This document shows, piece after piece, positions 56,895 to 64,000 of a DNA stretch of 64,000 nucleotides; position 1 is the stretch's first letter; the number at the start of each line of letters is the position of its first letter. The notes under the pieces were generated by a model. The model searched no databases and was not told the origin of the DNA. It was given only the letters and a program-made list of their open reading frames with translations. The translations under genes and the position numbers were made by a program. The DNA lies in contig CBFFRQ010000040.1 of assembly GCA_965644315.1 (NCBI GenBank), positions 1 through 64,000 of the forward strand. The letters are read 5' to 3'. The DNA is from Caecitellus pseudoparvulus (taxonomy: Eukaryota; Protista; Bigyra: Bicosoecida).

Positions 56895-57809
56895 ATGAAG
56901 CACGGAAAGAATCTCCTTGCTTGCCTGCTGTGCCTGGCGGGGCTTCTGCGTGCCGCGACACAGGATGCAGGCAGCGGCATGAGCCTGATGTGGGCGACGC
57001 CCATCCTGGAGCAGCCCACGCAGTCGGCCCACCTGCGGCTCGCCGTGCGAGCTGCAGCACAGCGTGCAGTGGACGAAGGCGCTGCAGCCTGCCTGCGTGG
57101 TTGGGCAGCCAGTGGGGCGCTGAGCGTTTCAGAGCTGAACCAGCACTTGGCCAGCTTGGCCTTGACTCAGTGGCAGCATTTCCTGACCTCCGAAGACTCT
57201 CCAGAGGTGAACACCAACGTAGCGTCCAAGTACCACAACAACGAAGCGTTTTTTCGGTGGCAGCAGCGGCTGAACCCCCTTGCATTGGATGTGCTGCGCT
57301 CAACGCAGGAAACCGAGTCAACCCAAGGGGGCGTCGCCTCCCCAGAGGGTGTTGCAGCGGTGGGCGTGCTGCGTGAGCTCATTCGTCAGGGCGTGCAGGG
57401 GTTCCTGACAGAGGCGGGGGCAGCTGGCGGGCACGCAACTGTGGCCGCAGACGGCAGCGTGGTGAATGCCGCCGGAGAACCGTTCGTGTGGATGGGCGTG
57501 CTGGAGGAAGCGGCAGCCCACCTGCCTCACACCCACTCCGGGGCAGTGGCGTCTGGGACGTATTACGCCATGGCGGACCATGGCGCAGGGAGCCTTGTCC
57601 TGGAAGACCCCAGGGGAGGCGGGCGACCCCCCTTTGACAACCGCCGCTTCGTCGCGGCGCAGCCGGGGAAACTAGTGGTGTTCCCGGGGTGGTGCCTGCA
57701 CCACGTCACCCCCACCCAAATCACAGACGAAGGCCTCCCCCGCATCTCCTTCTCCTTCAACATGCCTGGCAGCTGGGAGGCGCTGGCAGACGTGAATGTG
57801 CATTGGTGA
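56895..57809 (+). CDS. 2OG-Fe(II) oxygenase (TIGR02466-like) with a predicted signal peptide
   Basis: HLPHTH...SGTYY...LVLEDPR...PGKLVVFPGWCLHHVTP...RISFSFN. Confidence 0.85.
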   Translation: MKHGKNLLACLLCLAGLLRAATQDAGSGMSLMWATPILEQPTQSAHLRLAVRAAAQRAVDEGAAACLRGWAASGALSVSELNQHLASLALTQWQHFLTSEDSPEVNTNVASKYHNNEAFFRWQQRLNPLALDVLRSTQETESTQGGVASPEGVAAVGVLRELIRQGVQGFLTEAGAAGGHATVAADGSVVNAAGEPFVWMGVLEEAAAHLPHTHSGAVASGTYYAMADHGAGSLVLEDPRGGGRPPFDNRRFVAAQPGKLVVFPGWCLHHVTPTQITDEGLPRISFSFNMPGSWEALADVNVHW

Positions 57810-57978
57810 AGCAGAGCTGTCGAGCAGGCGCACACGCTGGACATTTTCCATCGCCCCCCGACCTCTACAGCTAAGGCGCGACGTATTTCATCGACTCACT
57901 GTCCCCATCGCAGTGTGGGTTGCTCGCCGCAACGTGCCGCTGGTCTCAGCGCCAGCAACGACCTGGCAGTGGGCTGGC

Positions 57979-58601
57979 ATGGAGTTTGCCGAAGGAGATG
58001 TGCGTGTTGGAGCCTCACAGCCCACACGACAAGCGAGCGACAGCCACAACGCGCACTGCACAGAGGGATTTCAATGTGGAGGATGTGTCGTACGCCATCA
58101 AACAGGTGCGTGCCAGGGTTGCGTGAAACGCTGGCGCAACGCCAGAGTCACACTCACCTGCTGGCAAGCGCTGCAGGGAATCATGGGCTCGCTGCAGCAG
58201 AGCACGCTGTATGAGGAAGCCAAAGTTGACGGGTGGTGCCAAGGCATAGTTGACTTCTGCATTGCAGAGTTGAAAGCCATGAAAAAGCCATTCAAGTACA
58301 TTGGTACGGAGCTGGTCCGGCGCCCGCCCGAGCGTGCGCAGAATGCCCCGCACGCGCACCCCGTGCAGTGACTGCAATCATCGCGGAGAACAATGGTGCA
58401 GGCATGCACACAGGCACAGGCGCCTTTTGGGATGCGCAGTGCGACGGTGCGTGGTGCCGGTGGCCGGTGTGGGCTTCCCTTGCCACTGCTGCCCCTCCAA
58501 TCGCCACAGACATGGTAATTGAGAAGCTCGAGCGAGGCTCCATTCTGTGCATTGTCTCAGTGTATGGCCTGAAGTTGGCACCTCAGGACGATGAAATGTA
58601 A
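57979..58601 (+). CDS. DYNLT1: Tctex-1 family dynein light chain; several introns
   Basis: KVDGWCQGIVDFCIAELKAMKKPFKYI-VTAII...GAGMHT...FWDAQCD...CIVSVYGL. Confidence 0.85.
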
Positions 58602-58627
58602 AGCGCGTCGGCTCAGCTGCATTCGTT

Positions 58628-59586
58628 TCAATCTTGAGTCTTGGCTTTCTTCTTCTTGGCCTTCTTCTTGTCCTTCGCCTTCTCGCCCTCCTCCCGCCCC
58701 CGCTTGCGCCCGCCCAGCTGCGACTCACCTGCTCGCCTCTCCTCCTTGGCGGCCTTCTTGGCAGCCTTCTTGGCGGCCTTCTTCTCAGCCTTCCGCTCAG
58801 CTTTGGCGGCCGCCTTTGCAGCCTTCTTCGCAGCCTTCGCAAGGTCCTTGGCTGCGGCTTTGGCGGCCTTCTTGGCAGCCTTTGCTTCGGCCTTCGTCAT
58901 GCCCTCGGTATTGGGCATCGCCGTGCCACGCCCTGCCGCAAGCAGCTTCATGTACGTGGCCTGATCCTGAGTGGCGCGGTTGCCAGCGCCCTCCCCGATG
59001 CCACCGCTGCTGTGCAGCACCTGGGCCACAGCCGCCTCCACCGTGGCCTCTGCACGCTCCCACTTGCCGGACTGGTCTCCTCGTGCGCGCATACCCAGGC
59101 GCCGCCCGCCACACGCGGCGAACAGCTCCTCATCAGTGGGCACTTTGTGCAGGCCACGGCTGGAGGGCGTGTCATCTCCGTCGCTGTCGCTGTCACTCTC
59201 CCCGACAGCCTTGAGCTTGGAACCGGCATATGAGGAGAACCACCACTGGTCAGTCCAATTCTCTTGCTTGTTGAAGCCAATCTGTGGCGTGTCGAGGGCG
59301 ACAGACACAGTGCTTGCGTGGGTAGCACACCGGGCAACACCGCGTGGCGGCACTCACCCCTTCGCTTTCGTCCTTCTTATTGACCACCACATGGGTTGTG
59401 ATGCCGTCGTTTCCCTTGCCCAGCCCCATGCCCCTGTGCGAAGGGAAGCAGGCTGCTGTGCCGTGGGCTGCCGCGAACCGAACATGCGGAAATTGCCACG
59501 CACTCCTCCCACCCAAACTTCGCCATCATCTTCTTTGCGAAACTCGAGACACTGCTGCCACGCCCCTGCAAGCCATTATACGTCAT
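58628..59586 (-). CDS. GPATCH4: G-patch domain protein (GPATCH4/PINX1-like) with Lys/Ala-rich tail; 2 introns
   Basis: FAKKMMAKFGWEE-GMGLGKGNDGI...DQWW...TDEELFAACGGRRLGMRA. Confidence 0.75.
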
Positions 59587-59998
59587 AGCGCACCGGAGCG
59601 TGTTGGGCCTGCTGCAGCACTCTGCTCAGCGCACGGTGCTCACCTCCACGGCTCTCGCTCCAAGTTGCTTCATGCCTCGCTTGCCGATGAAAGGCTTCAG
59701 CGGCTCCTCCGAAGCCATGATGCCGGCAGCTGAGAGAGGCGGCAAACACAACACGCCAGAAAAAGCTTTGCACGGCACACTTGACAAATTCTTGGTGGTG
59801 AAGAGTGGCTAGCCGGGCCGCCTGCGCGGCAGCCGCTGCAATGCTTTTCATCGACCCAAATTCCGCTCGTACCCAGTGCAAAGGAGTCTCTGCACCACAT
59901 TCAAAATCCCACACATTGGCCCGTTGCCGCCCGCACAGCTTTTCGGTGTACAGCGGGTGACATCCTGTGTTTCTGTGTGTCCCCAACGCATCACAGAC

Positions 59999-62900
59999 AT
60001 GGCATCTCAGGAATCGTGCGTGCTCCCCGCTCAGCTCCGTTGCGAGCTCGCCTGCTTGCAGCCCAACGCGCCAAGTCACCCCAGTAGTTCCACATGACCG
60101 AGTTTCCTTTGCACAGAGTCGCGCAGCTGACCCAGCTGCTGCAGGTGTTCACAAGCCTGGACGACGCAAAGCGCCGCGAGGTGAGGCAGACCACGCCAAC
60201 CGCCGTGGGCCGTGTGTAGCACTCCCACGCCCGTCTGGCCGCTCACAGGCAGAGAAAATCTACCAAACCAGCGTCAAGTCCAATGGGCCGATTGTGAGTG
60301 CACCGGACTGACTGCATCAGCTCTCTCCGGGGGTTGGGGCACGGTGGGATTGCATTCAAATGTTGCGCGCCGCCGCCGTTGCAGGTGCTCATGACACTGT
60401 GCCACATCCTGAGCACGGCAGAGGACACCACTCTGCGCAAGTCTGCAGCAGTGTACATTCGCCAGCTCCTCGTTGTGAGCAGCCCCGTGTGGGACGCTTG
60501 TGATGCGTCGAGCCAGGGCCAAGGTGAGGCGGTTGGCGGCCGTTCAAATGCCGCTGAGCGCGGCGCACGCCCTTCGCCGCCGCGTTCTCGCCCCTCACAG
60601 TGAAGGCCTGCCTGTTGGAGCGCTTCCAGTCTGACCCTGTCGTGAACATTCGCCGCAAGATTGTCTCTGCCATTGCACAGCTGGCCTCTCGCAGGGCCAT
60701 TGCCGCTGACGGCACCTCGGGCGCAACTGAGGCGTGGCCTGAGCTGCTGCCTGTGGTGCGGAGCACTTGCGACTCGTCCGACGCCGCGGTCGTGGAGCTG
60801 GGCCTCTTCTTGCTTTCTGAGCTGGTGGACTACATGGGCGAGGTGCGTGGAGGACCTGCCTGGCTCTGCATGAAGCCTCGCGGCTCCTCACCTTCGCGCG
60901 CCCCCCTCCTCGCCACAGGACATTCTGGCCCAAGCCAGCGCCTTCACGCCACTCATCCTGGCAGGCCTGCAGCACACCGTGTTCGACCTCAAGGTGGCCT
61001 CCCTCTCAGCGGCTTGCACCCTGCTGGGCGCGGTGGACGCGCAAACCAACCCCGCCGCCGCCCAGGCACTTGCCCCCCTCCTGCCCGCCACCCTCACCAC
61101 ACTGGGCCAGGTGCTGCAGTCGGGCGAGGTGCTGCCCAGTCGTGACTCCCTTGCCGCCATGATCAACTTGGCCAAGGCCAACCCAGGCGTGCTGAAGAGT
61201 CGCCTGGACGACATCGCGTCAGCCCTCACGACGGTGTGTGCGACACAGGGGGCGGATGAGGACACTCGCCGCCTGGGCATGGAACTGCTGACGACGGTGA
61301 GCGAGGCCCACGGCGGCATGGCTCGCAAGAGCGCGACCCTGGTGCAGAACAGCCTGCTGCTGGCGCTGACCATGGCCACTGAGCTGGACGATGATGCATC
61401 GTGGGCAGGTCGTGAGTTTGACGAGTTCAACGACACCTCTGGCGACGACGACCAGAGCATCAACTACACCGGCGAACAGGCCCTGAACCGTCTGGCATTC
61501 GCCCTGGGCGGCGAGAGCGTCGTGCCTGTGATCATGGGCAAGCTCCCGGGCATGCTGCAGGGGGGGTCTGGAGCGGCCACGGGTGCGGGCGGGTCTTGGC
61601 AGTACCGCCGCGCGGCCGTGCTGGCCCTGGGCATCCTGGCCGAGCCCTGCAAGAAGCAGCTGAAGGGCCACCTGGAGGAGGTGGTGTCCACCCTCGTCGC
61701 GCACATGTCTGACCCGGAAGTGCGTGTGCGCCACAGCGCCCTGGTGGCCCTGGGCAGTGTCGGCTCCGCGTTCAAGGCCAAGCGTGCCTTCATGAACAAG
61801 TTCGCAGGGCAGGTGCTGCCTGCCCTGGCCCAGGCGGTGGGGCAGGGGGCGGGGTCCGCTGGGAACCCCCCCCGTGTCAGCGCCACGGCTGCCGCCTGTG
61901 TCATTGACCTGTGCCGCACGGACAGCGCTCTGGCAAAGGACGTGACGCCGCACCTGGAGAGCCTGTTGAAGGCCACCATCTCCCTGCTGCAGGCGGCCTC
62001 CCAGCCGGCTGTGCTGGTGAAGGCGCTGGGGTGCATCGCGGTGGTGGCGGCGGCGTCGGCGTCGGCCTTCAAGGCGTACTACGCGGAACTCATGCCCCTT
62101 GTGTCCCAGGTCATCGTGAACCCGCCCACCGGCACCGGCTCCGCAGAGGCCACCAAGACCGTGCAGGGCAGCGCCATGGAGTGTGTCGCCCTCATGGGCG
62201 AGGCAGTCGGTGCAGAGACATTCGCCCCCGATGCAAAGGTGGTGCTGAACACCCTGCTCACCATCCTCAAGGCCGGCTCCACCATGACCAACGACCCCAG
62301 TCTGCGGTACCTGCAGGACTCAGTCGCGCGCATCGGCCGGGTGCTGGGCCCCGAAGCATTTGCTCCGTACTTGCCTTCCGTGCTCCCCGCCCTCCTCGCT
62401 GCCGCCACCCGCAAGGTGCAAGCCAGCTTCACCGACGCCGAGGCTGAGTCGGTGTCGGCACCGTACACGGTGGATCAGGCCTCTGGCACCGTCACCATGG
62501 CGCTGGATGTGCGGGGCGTGGGCGTGAAGCAGGTGACCCTGAACACCTCTGAGATGGAGGAGCGTACCCACGCCGTGAAGCTGCTGTCTGAGTACATCCA
62601 GTTCATGGGCCCAGCCTTGGCGGGGCACCTGCAGGAGCTGGCAGCTGCCATGCTGCCCAACGTCTCCTACTGGTCCTCCCACACCATTCGCCGCACGGCA
62701 GCGCACTGCTACGCGCGCATCGTGGGGGCTGCCGCCGCGTCCGCGCGCACATCCGGTGTGCCTGCCGGCTCCGACCCTGCCACCAGTGCGGCTTTGACTG
62801 CCGTCGTGCAGATCGCGCAGGACGGCCTCGTGCCTCTGCTGAAGGAGGTGACTCGTGAGTGCAACGATGAGGCGCGCATCGCCCAGTCAGAGGCGGTGGG

Positions 62901-64000
62901 GGATATCCTGGGCGCCCTCATGTGCGGCGGGGATCTGGAGGTGGATGAGACGCCGGAGTACACCCAGTCCAGCCGACCCTGGTTCGGTGTGCCTCTGGAG
63001 ATGGCCGTGGGCATCGTGCGAACGATGCTGGGCGTGCTGGCCAAGGACGTGGACAGCCACATGAGCACGCTGAAGGCAGTGCAGGAGGACCCAGATGCAG
63101 ATGAGACGTCCCTGGAGATGCTGGATGAGCAGCTGGAGGCCAACGACCAGGTCATCCGGCACTGCGTGGACGCCATCGGGTACCTGATCAAGGTGCACCG
63201 CGCCGCCTTCCTGCCCATCGCCGAGGCGCACGTCGTGCCGGTCATGCACAAGCTGCTGCACAGCGACATGCCAGACCACCTGAACTTCTGTGCCATGTGC
63301 ACCTTCACCGACCTGCTGGAGTGGTGTGGCGAGGGCGGGCACAAGTACACTGACGTGCTCATGCCGGCGGTGCTGACTGGCATCGGGTCTGACTACCCCC
63401 TCCTGCGCCAGTGTGCGCTCTACACGGCAGGCATTATGGCCCTGCAAGCCCCCGCTGCCATGGTGCGTATGAACGTGCTGGACGCCACGGTGCGCGGCTG
63501 CATCAGCGTGATGGGTGCGCCAGACGCCCAGGAGGAGGACAATATCCACGCCACAGAGAACGCCGTGTCCACTCTGGGCAAGCTGCTGCTGCATGTGGCC
63601 CCCCTGCAGACGTCCACGACGGGGGCTCAGCCGTCCGCTGTGGCGAATGCCGCATCTGCGTACTGGAAGGCTTGGATGCAGCGCCTGCCTCTGCGGGAGG
63701 ATGTGGAGGAGGCACGGTGGTGCAACGCCACGCTGTCCACGGCTGCCGCCACGGGGAACGCCACGATGATGGGTGCTGGCAGTCCCCCCGCGAACCTCCC
63801 CCTGGCCCTCAGCGTCATGGGCGAGGTGTTGGTGCAGGCGGGTGGCGGCGGTGGCGAGGGGGCGCTGGAGGTGGCCGACGAGCAGACCCTCGCGCGCATT
63901 GGGGCGATTTTCAAGCAGATCCAGGGCTCCGCGCCTGCCCTGCTGCAGGGGCTGAGTCCGGCGGCTCAGGCGGCTGCCGCTGCTGCCGCTTCGCGTGCCT
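59999..64000 (+). CDS. IPO5: Importin-5/karyopherin beta-3-like HEAT-repeat protein; several 5' introns, last exon runs off the right edge
   Basis: WPELLP, WQYRRAAVLALG, GSAMECVALMGEAVG, LNTSEMEER, ATENAVSTLGK, LPLREDVEEA. I saw no stop in this frame from about 60919 to the window end. Confidence 0.82.

Noticed and set aside
58640-58900. AAKKAAK repeats as histone H1
   Set aside because: They are the Lys/Ala-rich tail of the G-patch protein, and there is no H1 globular domain.
1-64000. Endogenous virophage, Polinton or giant-virus insertion
   Set aside because: No capsid, packaging ATPase, polymerase or integrase genes and no long AT-rich block. Only the ankyrin and Fic genes could be of foreign origin, which is untested.

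Overview
Gene-dense, GC-rich nuclear DNA from a eukaryote, most likely a flagellated protist (inferred from short GT-AG introns of about 60-150 nt, occasionally longer, with GTGCG/GTGAG donors and (T/C)GCAG acceptors, gamma-tubulin, and the ciliary genes CFAP74, BBOF1-like, TTC29 and Tctex-1; the taxon cannot be fixed from this window). About 30 protein genes and one tRNA-Ile(AAT) are packed with very short spacers. Most are housekeeping: methylmalonyl-CoA mutase, NDUFS4, mitochondrial L33, importin-5, PRCC, G-patch, M6PR/ATG27-like, a POT transporter and a TALE homeobox protein. The most unusual region is 16.7-21.6 kb: an intronless, co-oriented cassette of a Fic-domain gene with an intact catalytic motif followed by two paralogous genes built from 38-aa ankyrin-like repeats. 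These show signs of recent reshuffling (a 228-bp unit x3, a 209-bp identical block between otherwise diverged paralogs, and variation concentrated at predicted binding positions). Other points of interest: a candidate AATGCA 3'-end signal, a MABP-Sec7-PH-ACBP-like giant protein, a methyltransferase-like/DUF4050 fusion, a stand-alone PRMT3-type finger lacking zinc ligands, and two candidate divergent kinetochore genes flanking gamma-tubulin. All family calls come from motif recognition by eye; no searches were run. Coordinates of intron-containing genes are whole-gene spans.
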